In this document: piece after piece, positions 24,793 through 37,700 of the stretch | Numbering within the stretch: the stretch's first letter is position 1 | Layout: the number at the start of each line of letters is the position of its first letter | NCBI GenBank assembly: GCA_013265495.1 | Contig: MU058748.1 | Span: 248,001-312,000, forward strand | Reading direction: 5' to 3' | Length of the DNA: 64,000 nt | From: Vicugna vicugna | Taxonomy: Eukaryota | Made by a program: the position numbers and the translations under genes | The notes under the pieces: generated by a model | What the model saw: only the letters and a program-made list of their open reading frames with translations | The model's database searches: none | What the model was told of the DNA's origin: nothing

Positions 24793-27700
24793 TTTAAATT
24801 GACTTATAGTCAGTTTAGAATGTTGTGTCAATGTCCAGTGTAGAGCACAATTTCTTAGTTATAAATGAACATACATATATTCATTGTCACATTCTTTTTT
24901 GCTGTGAGCTACCACCAGATCTTTATATATTTCCCTGTGCTACGCAGTATAGTCTTGTTTATCTGTTCTACATATGCTTGTCAGTATCTACAAATTTCGA
25001 ACTTCAGTCTGTCCCTTCCCATCCCCCTCCCCCTTGGCAACCACATGTTTGTATTTTATGTCTATGAGTCTATTTCTGTTTTTTTTTTTAAGATTGCAAA
25101 ATGAGCGATCTCATATAGTACTTTTCTTTTTTTTTTCTGACTTACTTCACTTAGAATAACATTCTCCAGGAACATCCATGTTGCTGCAAATGGCGTTATG
25201 TTGTCATTTTTATAGCTGAATGGTATTCCATTGTATAAATATACCACTTCTTCTTTATCCAGTCACCTGTCAATGGACATTTAGGCTGTTTCCATGTCTT
25301 GGCTATTGTAAATAGTGCTGCTATGAACATTGAGGTGCAGGTGTCTTTTTGAAATAGGGTTCCTTCTGGATATATGCCCAGGAGTGGGATTCTTGGGTCA
25401 TATGGTAAGTCTATTCCTAGTCTTTTGAGGAATCTCCATAGTGTTTTCCACAGTGGCTGCACCAAACTGCATTCCCACCAGCAGTGTAGGAGGGTTCCCT
25501 TTTCTCCACAGCCTCTCCAGCATTTGTCATTTGTGGACTTTTGAATGATGGCCATTCTGACTGATGTGAGGTGATAACTCACTGTAGTTTTGATTTGCAT
25601 TTCTCTGATAATTACTGATATTGAGCATTTTTTCATGTGCCTATTGACATTTGTATTTCTTCCTTGGAAAATTGCTTGTTTAGGTCTTCTGCCATTTTTG
25701 GATTGGGTTGTTTGTTTTTTTCTTAAGTCGTATGAGCTGCTCATACATTCTGGAGACCAAGCCTTTGTCAGTTTCATCTTTTGCAAAAATTTTCTCCCAT
25801 TCCGTAGGTTGTTTTGTTTTGTTTATGGTTTCCTTTGCTGTGCAGAAGCTTGTAAGTTTCATTAGGTCCCATTTGTTTATTCTTGCTTTTATTTCTATTG
25901 CTTGGGTAGACTGCCCTGGGAGATCATTTTTGAGATGTATGTCAGATAATGTTTTGCCTATGTTTTCTTCTAGGAGGTTTATTGTATCTTGTCTCATGTT
26001 TAAGTCTTTGATCCATTTTGAGTTGATTTTCATGTATGGTCTAAGGGAGTGTTCTAGCTTCATTGCTTTACATGCTGCTGTCCAGTTTTCCCAACACCAT
26101 TTGCTGAAGAGACTGTCTTTATTCCATTGTATGTTCTTGCCTCCTTTGTTGAAGATTAGTTGACCAAAAGTTTGTGGGTTCATTTCTGGGCTCTCTATTC
26201 TGTTCCATTGGTCTATATGTCTCTTCTGTACCAATACCATGCTGTCTTGATGACTGTAGCTCTGTAGTATTGTCTGAAGTCTGGGAGAGTTGTTCGTCCA
26301 GCCTCTTTCTTTCTCTTCAGTAATGCTTTGACAATTCTAGGCCTTTGATGGTTCCATATAAGTTTTATTATGATTTGTTCTAGTTCTGTGAAATATGTCC
26401 TGGGTAATTTGATAGGGGTTGCATTAAATCTGTAGATTGCCTAGGGCAGTATGATCATTTTAACAATATTGATTCTTCCAATCCAGGAGCATGGGGTATC
26501 TTTCCATGTTTTAAAGTCTTCTTTAATTTCCTTCATCAGTGGTTTATAGTTTTCCATGTATAAGTCTTTCATCTCCTTGTTAGATTTATTCCCAGATATT
26601 TTATTACTTTGGGTGCTATTTTAAAGGGGATTGTTTCTTTACTTTCTTTTTCTGTTGATTTATTGTTAGTGTAAAGAAATGCAACTGATTTTTGAACATT
26701 AATCTTGTAACCTGCTACCTTGCTGAATTCTTCAATCAGCTCTAGTAGTTTTTGTGTGGACCTTTTAGGGTTTTCTATATATAGTATCATGTCATCTGCA
26801 TATAGTGACACTTTTACCTCTTCTTTTCCTACTTGGATACCTTTTATTTATTTCTCTTGCCTGATTGCTGTGGCTAGGACTTCCAGGACTATGTTGAATA
26901 GGAGTGGTGATAGTGGGCATCCTTGTCTTGTCCCAGATTGTAGTGGGAAGCTTTTGAGTTTTTCACTGTTGAGTTTATGCTGGCTGTAGGTCTGTCATAT
27001 ATAGCTTTTATTAGGTAGAGATATGTTCCCTCTATACCCACTTTGTCATAAATGGGTGTTGAATTTTATCAAAAGCTTTTTCTGCATCTGTTGAGATGAT
27101 CATGTGGTTTTTGTCCTTTCTTTTGTTAATGTGATGTATTGCATTGATTTAGCATATGTTTAACCATCCTTGTGTCCTTCGGATGAACCCCACTTGATCA
27201 TGGTGTATAATCTTTTTTATGTGTTGTTGGATTCTATTTGCTAATATTTTGGTGAGGATTTTGGCATCTATGTTCATCAGTGATATTGGGCTATAATTCT
27301 CTTTTTGGTAGTGTCTTTGCCTGATTTTGGTATCAGGGTGATGGTGGCTTCATAGAATGAGTTTGGGAGTGTTCCCTCCTTTTCAGTCTTCTGGATGAGT
27401 TTGAGAAGGACTGGTATGAGTTCTTCTTTGTATGTTTGGTAGAATTCCCCTGTGGAGCAGTCTGGTCCTGGACTTATTTGTAAGGAGGTTTTTTATTGCT
27501 ATTTCTATTTCCTTTCTAGTGATTGGTCTATTCAAGTGGTCAGTTTCTGCTTGATTCAGTCTTGTTGGACTGTATGTTTCCAGAAACTTGTCCATCTCCT
27601 CTAGGTTATCCATTTTGGTTCCATATAGTTTTTCATAATAATCTCATATGATATTCTGTATTTCTATTTTATTTCTTGTAATTTCTCCATTTTCCTTTCT

Positions 27701-28386
27701 TATTTTGCTTATTTGTGCTCTTTTTTTCTTCTTTGTGAGTTTGGCCCGAGGTTTGTCGATTTTGTTTACTCTTTGAAAAAAAACAGGTTTTGTTTTGTTT
27801 GATTTTTTTCTATTTTGTTTAATCTCTTATTTATTTCCTCCCTGATCTTTATTATTTCCTTCCTTCTGCTGACTTTTGGGGTTTTTTGCTCTTCTTTTTC
27901 CAATTCTTTTAGCTGGTAGGTTAGATTGTTTTTTTGAGATTGTTCTTCTTTTTTGAGGAAGGCCTGTATCGCTATAAACTTCCCTCTTAGCACTGCCTTT
28001 GCTGTGTCCCATAAATTTTGTGTGGTTGAGTTTTCATTTTCATTTGTCTCAAGGTATTTTTTAATTTCAACTTTGATTTCATTATTGACCCATTGGTTTT
28101 TTAATAGCATGTTGTTTAATCTCCATGCTTTTCTTTTTTTCTCCTTTCTCTGTAGTTGATTTCTAGTTTCATGGCATTGTAGTCAGTAAAGATGCTTGAG
28201 ATAATTTGTATCTTCTTAAATTTGTTGAGGCTTCTGTTGTGCCCAAGTACAAGATCAATCCTAGAAAATGTTCCATGTGCACTTGAAAAGAATGTATATC
28301 CTATTTGGGTGTGTGTGTGTAATGCCCTGAAAATATCCAGCAAATATTTTTTCTGTTGTATCATTTAATTTCTCTGTCACCTTATT
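24793..28386 (-). mobile_element. Young 5'-truncated LINE-1 (~3.6 kb, camelid L1-1_Vpa-like) with frameshifted ORF2
   Basis: ORF track gives consecutive ORF2 pieces: endonuclease tail (FFSSAHGTFSRID), MDNLEEMDKFLETY, RT core ([15 protein letters not shown]), WNRIESPE, C-terminal [18 protein letters not shown]. Probable TSD TGTTAGAATTT (24782-24792) / TGTTAGGATTT (28387-28397). Confidence 0.97.
25196..28364 (-). pseudogene. Disrupted L1 ORF2 (endonuclease/reverse transcriptase)
   Basis: At least six ORF fragments in different frames, in ORF2 order; N-terminus absent. Confidence 0.92.
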
Positions 28387-29064
28387 TGTTAGGATTTATT
28401 TTTAAATAAGTGATGAGCAGCCAATTGGTGGAATCCAACTAGTTGAGTTAGGTCATCTACCAGTATTACTAACAAAGGATTAAGATCCTTTGAGCATTTA
28501 AATCTACATAATTACCCAAATGTTCTGTTAACAAAATATTTCAGAATATCTTTGTTTATTGTTTTGCTTCTCATTGAATTCATTGTTACCAAGCAATATG
28601 TGATGCATTATGAAAAGAGAAAATGAGAAGAAAATTGAGGAGTAGAATATATAATATGTATTGATGCATCAGAGGTAACCATCATCTATGGGGGGAAAAA
28701 GGAGCACCAGAAATCAGTTGTTTTGTAATTAGCAAAAGAAAAATATTCGTTAAGATAAGGGATGTGAAGAGATGTATATCATTGTGACTAGAAAGTATTT
28801 CGTGAGGAAACCATTTGTTTCTTGAAGCTGTTAATGACTGTTGTGCACATAGGTTTTGAAATTTCTTTCAAATAACCCAGTTCCTATGAGAGTTGGCAAG
28901 GTCTTCTATACTGGCCATTACTCAGGATAGAAAAAACTGGAGCTTGCTAACTCAGCAGAAATAGTAATCTAGCATAATGGAAGTCTCTGGACACTGTCTT
29001 GGTGGTTCAAAACTAGAGTAGACATATAAGAGACAAAATCAATACAGAAAAATTTGCAATATTC

Positions 29065-29640
29065 TTTACAAATTCAGTATTTCTCTTGACTTCCTTTGCT
29101 ACTGTATTGATCCAGGTCACTAGCACCTCCCTCCTAGACTCCTGCCTGGTCAGCTCTCCAGTTCCCCTGTCCATTCCTGTCTCTACGCACCATGCTGTAT
29201 TCTCCACACAACAGTCAGAGGGATACTGTTAAAAAGTAAAGCATATAATATCACTTACCTTATGTGCTTATTGCACTTCCTTGACCCCAAATAAGGAATA
29301 TCCTGCCTCAGCTCCTTTGTAGTTATTGTTCTCTCCACATGGAATAGTCTGTGTCTAGATATTCTTGGTTTTTCCTCCCCACTTCATTCAAATCTCCATT
29401 TGAGATAATCATCTTATACTTCACTGCTCAGCCTATCTAATATTCCTTTCTAAGTTACTTATTGTCACCTTATTGTTTCAGGTTTTTCCAAGCACTTATA
29501 AGACACTACCTGTGTGTTTATTTTCTCATCCATTAGATACAAACTATATGAATGCAGACGTTTGTTTGCTTCATTACCAAATCCTGTGTCCAGAAAGCAT
29601 AGGGTCTCAATTTTTTTTTTTGACTGAATGAAAGAATGAA
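29065..29640 (+). mobile_element. L2 3' region
   Basis: TCCAGGTCACTAGCACCTCCCTCCTAGACT...CTCCACACAACAGTCAGAGGGAT...ends TTGACTGAATGAAAGAATGAA. Confidence 0.8.
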
Positions 29641-29692
29641 CAGGAAAAGAAAAGAATAGTGGACTAATTGTTTTTCAAACACAACTGGAAAA

Positions 29693-29882
29693 ATCACTCT
29701 CAATACATCTTTCTGTAATGATAGAAACATTCTATATCTGCCTTATCAAATACAGTAGCCCACTAGAAAAATGAATCTATGAAGTGTCTGAAATATGGCT
29801 AGTAAAATTAAAGAGTTGCATTTATTTTCTTGAATTAAATTAAATTTGAACAGCCACATTTCTATCATATTGGACAGTACAG
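29693..29882 (+). mobile_element. MER3 (hAT-Charlie MITE)
   Basis: TTTCTGTAATGATAGAAACATTCTATATCTGC...TGAAATATGGCTAGT...CATATTGGACAGTACAG. Confidence 0.8.
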
Positions 29883-30314
29883 TGTGGGACAGTAACAGGG
29901 GCAGGTGTCTATTAGCTAAGTCTATTAGCATAGCATATTGACCAAAATATTTATTGCACAATTAACATTTTTTAAAAAATGTCTCATTGAAATTTTTATA
30001 TTATTTCAAATGAGTGCCCTGGTGTTACTACATGATCAAAAATTTCAATTTTAACTCCAAAAATCTCATTTTGACTTAGTCTTGTAGTTCAGTTATGTGA
30101 TATTAGAACATTTAAACTTATAAGTAAGAGTTCTTTTTTTAGCTACTTAGACTATAATGAAAATAAAAGGAAATACAAGATAATTTTTGATTTTCAAACT
30201 TTCAAAACATTAAACAGTTATTTCTAGTGTTGGCAAAGATTTGGATGGATTTATTTAGAGGTTTTAAAATTAAGGACTTTGTCTATTCAGTTTCACATAT
30301 GATTGGGCCTCGCC

Positions 30315-30415
30315 AATCCACAGATGTAGAATCCATGGACATGGAGGGTTAATCATTTTGAGCATCTCTGGTGGTCCTGGAACCAGTCCTCCATGGATAC
30401 CAACAGATGGCTGTA
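30315..30415. mobile_element. MER2/Tigger-type terminal fragments
   Basis: AATCCACAGATGTAGAATCCATGGACATGGAGGG and TTGAGCATC...GGTCCTGGAACCAGTCCTCCATGGATACC...GGCTG+TA. Confidence 0.65.
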
Positions 30416-30472
30416 TAGGAATTTGCCAATGAAATACTCAGATACAGATTAAGGGTATTTGGTATACTAAAA

Positions 30473-31017
30473 TTTTTTTTTAATTTTATTTTTTTAAGTT
30501 ATAGTCAATTTATAATGTGTCAATTTCCAGTGTAGAGCACAATTTTTCAGTTATAAATGAACATATTTATATTCATTGTCACATTTTTTTCTCTGTGAGC
30601 TACCATAAGATCTTGTATATATGTCCCTGTGCTGTACAGTATAATCTTGTTTATCTGTTCTATATATACCTGTCAGTGTCTACAGATTTCAAACTCCCAG
30701 TCTGTCCCTTCCCACCCACCTCCCCTCTGGCAACCACAAGTTTGTATTCTATGTCCATGAGTCTGTTTCTGTTTTGTATTTATGTTCATTTGTCTTTTTC
30801 TTTTCTTTCTTTGTTTTTTTATTTTTTTAATTCCACATATGAGCGATCTCATATGGTATTTTTCTTTCTCTTTCTGGCTTACTTCACTTAGAATGACATT
30901 CCCCAGGGACATCCATGTTGCTGCAAATGGCATTATGTTGTCATTTTTAATGGCTAAATAGTATTCCGTTGTATACATATACCACATCTTTATCCAGTCA
31001 TCTGTCAATGGACATTT
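30473..31017 (-). mobile_element. Young L1 3' fragment (same family as 24.8 kb element)
   Basis: Close match to 24793-25281; ORF2 C-terminal peptide KCPLTDDWIKMWYMYTTEYY...MPFAATWM. Confidence 0.95.
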
Positions 31018-31539
31018 CAATGAAGCAATTATTTATAATAATGCAACCATATCTTTAGCATCCAAGGATAAAGAATTAGCATGAACTAGAAATGCACTAC
31101 ATCCTATTGTTGAAGTATATATGTGGGACTAAGCCACTAATTTTATCCTAAAAATAGAATATCATAAAATATATATATATATATATTAATGTATGTATAG
31201 TTTTATTACGTATCTCATCAATAAGTACTTTTAATTTATTAATTATCTGTTTCAGGAGACTAATGGAAATAACTGCACTGGTTAAGGTTAATAATTATCA
31301 CTGTTTAAGTAAAAACTAACATTTGATGAGTTCTTGGCCTTCTTAGTAAGCATATGACACAGGTTTGCATTTTCTAGGTTTACACAGGTAAAATTCCTTC
31401 AGCTGTACTCTTTTCACCCTCCTTCTAGATTCTAATTACCTGTTCAGTGTATCTCTCTCATTTACCAACTACTTCTTCAGTTTGTCTTCTATCACCTGCA
31501 TCATTAGCTCAGAGGAATCATAATCAGTCAGGGTTGACC

Positions 31540-31870
31540 TGCATCAGTTAAAATGCTCTTATTTGCAAGAAAGATAATGTACTGCTTGTATTGACTTAAA
31601 CTTAAAATTGTACTACTTGTGTTGGCATGTGTATTAATGTAAGTTTACTGATTCTAGGTTAAAAAAAATCCAAAGATGGGGATAACTGGGTTTATTTTAA
31701 TGTATACCACGTGATTCCAAAGCATATGTTTCTTTTTGTTTCCTTTCCTTTTCTTTTTTATTTTTGCACCCCCCCCAACCCCCCGCATTCAATGAAAAGG
31801 TCCTGGGATTGATTCAGTCTTTATCTTGATCACATGCCCAACACTGACTCGTTCATTGGGTTGTATGTAG
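31540..31870 (-). mobile_element. Old MaLR LTR (MLT1K/L-like)
   Basis: CATCAGTTAAAATGCTCTTATTTGCAAG...GTCCTGGGATTGATTC...GATCACATGCCCAACACTGA. Confidence 0.5.
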
Positions 31871-33329
31871 TTAAAGTCTGTGGACCAGCTTTCACCTTGG
31901 AGTAAGGGGTGGGATAAACTTTTCTGGATCCACATAAACCTCACATTAAAATTGGAGTCTATTAGAAAGGAGGAAAGAAAAGTTGATCCTAGGAAGAAAA
32001 TCAACACAAAAAACTACAGAGCTAGATTCCTACTTTCTGTATTCCTGACCCCAGCAGACTCCCCTGCTATAAGAGAATGATTCAGAGACAACCAAGTGGT
32101 AAAATGAGTTTATTCTTCATTGTAATGCTTAGGAGTATAACACTTCTTTGTAGGGAAGCCACCAGACCTGCTCATTTGTCTTTGATAGTTTTTTGTGTCC
32201 ACAGCTGTTTGACTCTTTGATTGGGGCCATTATTTACCTCTTTCACATAACTATTTCTATGTTTCATTTGTGTGGGTTAGAAATGACAAATGAGCTGTAG
32301 TATAGCATTAAGTGTCAAACAAGAGCAAGTTGTTTATTTTAGCCAAGGTTTGTTAATCTCAATCTGGCATCATAGTCCTTTTCTGTAGGGATTCTTTTTG
32401 GAATAGTCTTAGATTTGACTTTATAGTCTCTGCTTACTCATCAGCATTTATTCATGAGTTAATCATGGTAAGCCCTCTAATGCCCATTAATTCATTACAA
32501 AGCAGAACAAACACATTATAAGCTGTTCTTTGTTAATAAAGCAAAAGACAGTGTAACAAAAATCCAATTATTTTGACTTGTATTTATGTATAAGTTGAAA
32601 AAAAAATCTACTGTAAATTTCGGATGTTTCTCCACCAGTCTCTGTAAGAAAATTGTAAGAAAATAAAATATTTCATTAAGGCAAACCAAACTATTATAGA
32701 AAACATTTTTGTCTTCAACATAAAGGAAAAAGGGTGTCATGAAGTAATAAAACAGGAGTGTCATAAACAACTTACCTTTGCAAATAAAAATAAGAATTGG
32801 AAAAAAATCTGGTTTTCCACCTATGAATTGTAAAGGTAGTATAAATTATAGCTTGGTGTTTTCTGAGATGATAGAAGTCTGATTTATAGAGTGCAGGACT
32901 GACAAGAGGGTATAGGAATTGCCATAGTTCAGCTCTGACTCAGGGCTTTGAAGTAGTGTTAGATAGTTATTCTCACAGTAAAGTGGTTCACCTTCCATTT
33001 TATAGAGCATGATGATGGATGGCCCTTTGGGAGCCTTGAAGTGATATGTGGCAGCCCCAAACACTGTGATATACTTGCAGTGTTTAAACAGCAATCCACC
33101 ATTGGGCACCACGGATGAATATGGTGGCTTTGGGTATGATTTAATTATGCCATGGGCAGCGAGTAAAATTTTCCTGAAAAGATGAACTGACTTCCTGTCA
33201 AAAGTAGATTTATCTATCAATGTAGCAGGACCATATTTGTAATACTGTGGCATAGAGAGATTGTTTAATAAAAAGAAATGGGAAAAAATTCTCTTGCTGG
33301 CACTGTGAAAAAAAAATTAGATTGCACTT

Positions 33330-33470
33330 AAATGTTCTTACCTGTGTTGCCTTCAACAGATAACTTTAAATAATTTAACTTCTTCGAGGCTTATTTTTCT
33401 CTAAAATGAGGACAAAGTTACCTTCTTTGTTATTGTTAACTACAGATGAGATAATATGGGCAAAATCATC
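33330..33470 (+). mobile_element. MIR fragment
   Basis: ATTTAACTTCTTCGAGGCTTATTTTTCTCTAAAATGAGGA...ATGAGATAATATG. Confidence 0.55.
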
Positions 33471-33929
33471 TTTATATGAACTATTTTCCCTGTATGAAAC
33501 CTTTTCTGATTTTTCTCTTGATCCCTTTTTAAATTATCTGAGCCTTAATTGCTAAATCCTTGATCCTCTTTCCTTCACTCGTTATTTTTTCCACCTCTGT
33601 GCTTAATTTTATTCGTGTTCAGTTGATACAGATTTCAATATACACTCCTGGTTTTTCCAGCACCAGTTTCGATTTAAGCTCCAGCAACCACATGGGGAAC
33701 CACTGGCAAAGGATCCACAGCTGTGTTCCATTATGTCCCTTCCATTTTGGCCCAAATCCTACCTTACTACCAGTAGACAAAACTACTATCTAAGTAAAAA
33801 CTACCATCAAAGTGAGTAGACAGGAAACCTGGAATCTTAACTTAAGACTGTTTAAGAATGTGTCATTTTTATAACCTTTTATATCTGAGCAACAATTAAA
33901 TGCTGCCTATTTTACCTCATTTGTATGCT

Positions 33930-34500
33930 TATAATTCATTCTCTCTCCTCTGCCCCTACACACACAGCCTTGATTTAAACTACTGCAGTATTAGCTTCTA
34001 ACTTGCATTCCTACCTCCTGACCATTGGCACAGAATGTGGATTGCTAGATCTTAAACACAGCTCCACAGGCCTGTACCCAGCTCAATTCCTTTAATGGTC
34101 CTCTCACACCTACGATGTAGTGAGATCCTTAACAAGACCCATGAACCTTCACTACCTGGCTGATGCCCGCAAATGTTAACTTAGGCCCTGAAAACGAGGC
34201 AGGGGTGTGGGTACACCCTCTGTATCAGCAGTACAAAATTAAATGTAGTTCCCTGAACATACCTCTCAGTTTCATCCTCAGTAGCTTTGCACATGCTGTT
34301 TCTTATGTCTGAAAGTTCTGTCTCTTATTCACCTAATAATCCATATTCATCTTTAATATCCTTTCTCATGTACTTTCTCCTGTGGAGGATCATACATTTG
34401 TTCTTGCATATCTGACATTCAGTGATAATCTACTCATATGTTGGACCGCCTGCCGCAAACCATTATAAGCTTTTCCAGGGCATGGATGGACATCCTTGCA
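33930..34500 (+). mobile_element. Diverged L2 fragment
   Basis: GCTTTGCACATGCTGTTTCTTATGTCTGAAAG...CCATATTCATCTTTAA...ATTATAAGCTTTTCCAGGGCA. Confidence 0.6.
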
Positions 34501-35139
34501 TGTAGGCAAGGACTTTAATTTAAAAATAATATTATTATGATTTATTAAAACATACTAAAGAAATTGGAAATTAAAATGTTGACTTTGTTTTTCACTAAAA
34601 AGTAGCATCAGCATGCAGTTAAATCTGAATGTCTGAATTTAATGCTAAATTCTCAACTGAAATAATGAATATGATGTAATGTACACTTATGCTGTTTTAA
34701 AAAATGAGCCAGTTAATAGTATATGTTCTATTACTCTTGTAAACAAAGTATATAAGTGAAAACATTATTTTAATGGGTAAGAATTAAAATCAGAGCTGAG
34801 ACTTTTATCATTTAGGTGATTTCCCAGTTTTATAAATTCTCAAAGGCATTTTAACCTCAAACAGATAATTTGTGGGCAATAATAATAAGTAAACTATATT
34901 GAATACATAGCATGTGCCAGATGTGGTACTATCATACTTCAAATTTCACAGAAATCATGTGAATAAACCACAGTTTAGGTAGCTCTTTGCTACCTTACTT
35001 TAACTAATAAGGGGTAAAGATGGTTTTGCAGGGCCCAGAGAATGCTAATAAGTAATGATACTTTTAAAAAATTGCATTCTCTAGTCACACAGGCTTGGAA
35101 CATGGGCTAAAACCATGTTAAGTTGATTCCTTTAAGCAG

Positions 35140-35300
35140 AACCCTTCGGAGTCCTTACATTACTGATGTGCAATGGACCATTTGATTTTCCGAAAAGAAA
35201 ATGTGTTTCCCAAGCTTATTTGACCGTGGTACCTTCCCACATTTGCTGCCAGAGTATTTCACAAAACTAGTGTCTCAAAAACACAACCTGGAAAATAGTG
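35140..35300 (-). mobile_element. MER103-like hAT-Charlie element
   Basis: GTGTTTCCCAAGCTTATTTGACCGTGG...AACTAGTGTCTCAAAAACACAACCTGGAAAATAGTG. Confidence 0.65.
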
Positions 35301-36569
35301 CTTTGAAATTTCCAGTTATAATTCAATATTTAGCTAAACAAATGCAAAAAAAAATCTCTTTATGTGAAAGAAAATGATATCAAGTTTGTTTAGTGTATTA
35401 TTCAAGCCATTATCACAAATGTTAATCTCTGTATTCTCGAATATAATTTGCTCTGCTTCCTGGAAAAAAATTCAGAAAATATTTATGTTGATTGTCTCTA
35501 TAGTCTATGATGAAAATACTAAGTAAATAGATGGAATCAAAGCATATCTAAAGCATGCAAATTCTAATTTGTGTATGACAAAGAGATTAGGATGTGTGTT
35601 TTCAGTCTGTTTCATACAATCTTTATTTACCTTTCAAAATATTCCAAATATTTCAGAAAATAAATCAAAATAACATTTAGGGAATTTGTGTTATAAAAGT
35701 CAAGACTTACATACCATTGTGAGTTAATGGAAGTTACAGCCTGAAGGACTTGTGGCAAATGCAGCTACTAATGGGAACACTTTTTGTTTTGAGAGAGGTT
35801 AGAGATTGGGATAGAGATTGGAATAGAATAAAAGCAGCATGGTGCAACACATAACCTGCAGGCAAACAGTTTCTTTAGCTGTTTACACAAGTGACTGCCA
35901 AGCACAGGTGTGAAGATCAACAGACAAAGATAAGAGAAGGGAGTTGTGGAGGAATCTGCTATTAGAAAGGAAGAAATAGCAGGGAGCTGAGAAAGAAGGG
36001 AAGTTTCACAGGAAGCCATGACTGCTTCCTCCTTTCTTGAGAATGAAAAAGGAGAAAGGACAGTGGTAAAAGAAGGATGCTGTAGAGAAGCGTAGTTATT
36101 TTGAAGGGATTACTAGTAGTGAAGATAAGGGCAAATGAACAAGTCTTGATAATGAAATAATTGAGGATGATTAGAAAGGAAGTTTTGGTAATGATGAGTA
36201 TAGTGGGGATGAAATGTATAATAGACTCAGAGAGGTGACTTGTCAATCAGTTTTCAGGAAGCATAGAGAGGAAGAATGAAAATTTCTAGATGATATTTAA
36301 ATAGATACTATTAAGAGTGTATGAGAGATGAGTCATTTGGGTAAAAAGATAATGAAATATTACAAATGAGCTGAATAAGACACTGGACAGGTATAGTAAG
36401 TGAATTCTTCATAATTTTTATTCTTAGATTATTTTCTTGAAGTAAAAAGTGATCCAAAATGCATTTATGGGAAATTCCCCAAAAGATAGAAAAAGTTCTT
36501 TAGAATACTTGTCTAATATCATGTACTGTGTCACCAATGTGATGTCACCATGCTGTTACTACCTTCCAA

Positions 36570-37700
36570 GTGGAACTTCACCATCCTGCTCTCTCTGCTC
36601 AGACGGCCCCATAGTGCAGTCCTTGGACAGTTTTTCTTTACTGTATATGTATTCCCTTGACAATCTTTCACATCACTTTAAACTCAATTTATACAGTAAT
36701 TACTCCCTAGTTCCTTTTTTCGGCCCAGACCTACTTCTTGAAGTCTATATCCAATTGCCTATTAGACGTCTCTGCATGGATATCACAAGCAAAATCTGAC
36801 CAAAAATGTGCTTCTGATGACTCTCCCTTTAAAGCTACTTTTCTCAACTCTTTCCCACTTCAGTTTATAGCTACTCTCTCCTACTGAAAATACATGGGTC
36901 AAAACTTCCTTGGGGGACTCCTTGACTACCTCCTTCTTCCACATCATGTACAATCTGTCAGCAAATCTTAGCGATTCTATCTGCAAAATATGTTTGACCT
37001 CTTCTCATTGCTCTAGGCATTGTCACTGTCATTTCTCACTTAAACTATTGCAGAAAATCCCTAATTCATCTCTCTACTTTCCCCCTGCACTTCTACATTT
37101 TATTCACAACATAGTATCTAGAGTGGAAACCTGTTAAAACAAATAAAAAATGGTGTCACTTCTTTGACTGAAACCCTCCAATGTCTAGCTGTGTCACTGA
37201 TTAAAAGCCAAAAAGTGATCTACAGAGCCCTCATCTACTACCATCTCTCTCAGGCTCACTCCATTCCAGACACAATGGTCTTGATACTTTTGAACATTTT
37301 TCCAGGAGTATTTCATCCAAGTTCTTACACACTTACTATTCCATCTTCTTGGAAAGCTTTTCTGCTTGGTATCTCTGTGGCTTGTTTGTTCACTTCCTTC
37401 AAATGTTTACTCATATGTTACCTTTCCAAGAGTATATCTCCTTGTCCATCCTATGTAAAACCAGGATACCTCCTCTGTATTGCTTGTCAGTGTTTTATTT
37501 TTCTCTGCAACCCAAACCATATAACAGTCACTATACTTAACTTACTAAATACAGTTATTTTGTTTCATAAATAAGCTTTATGAGGGTGAGGAGTTCTATC
37601 TGTTTTGCGAACCATTTTATTAACTGTGCATAGAACATGCCTGGCTTATGATATATCTCCAAGGATTATTTGCTTGTTTGCTTGAATAAACGAATAAATG
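36570..37700 (+). mobile_element. L2 (L2a-like) 3' ~1.1 kb
   Basis: GCCCAGACCT...TATATCCAATTGCCTATTAGACGTCTCTGCATGGAT...TAAGCTTTATGAGGGTGAGG...TTGAATAAACGAATAAATG tail. Confidence 0.88.

Noticed and set aside
25590..28159. Plus-strand ORFs up to 151 aa (e.g. 25708-26163), also 41374-42065
   Set aside because: Antisense frames of L1 ORF2; hydrophobic artefacts of T-rich sequence
35780..36400. Purine-rich tract resembling antisense L2 (also 23950-24300)
   Set aside because: Too degenerate to assign confidently by eye
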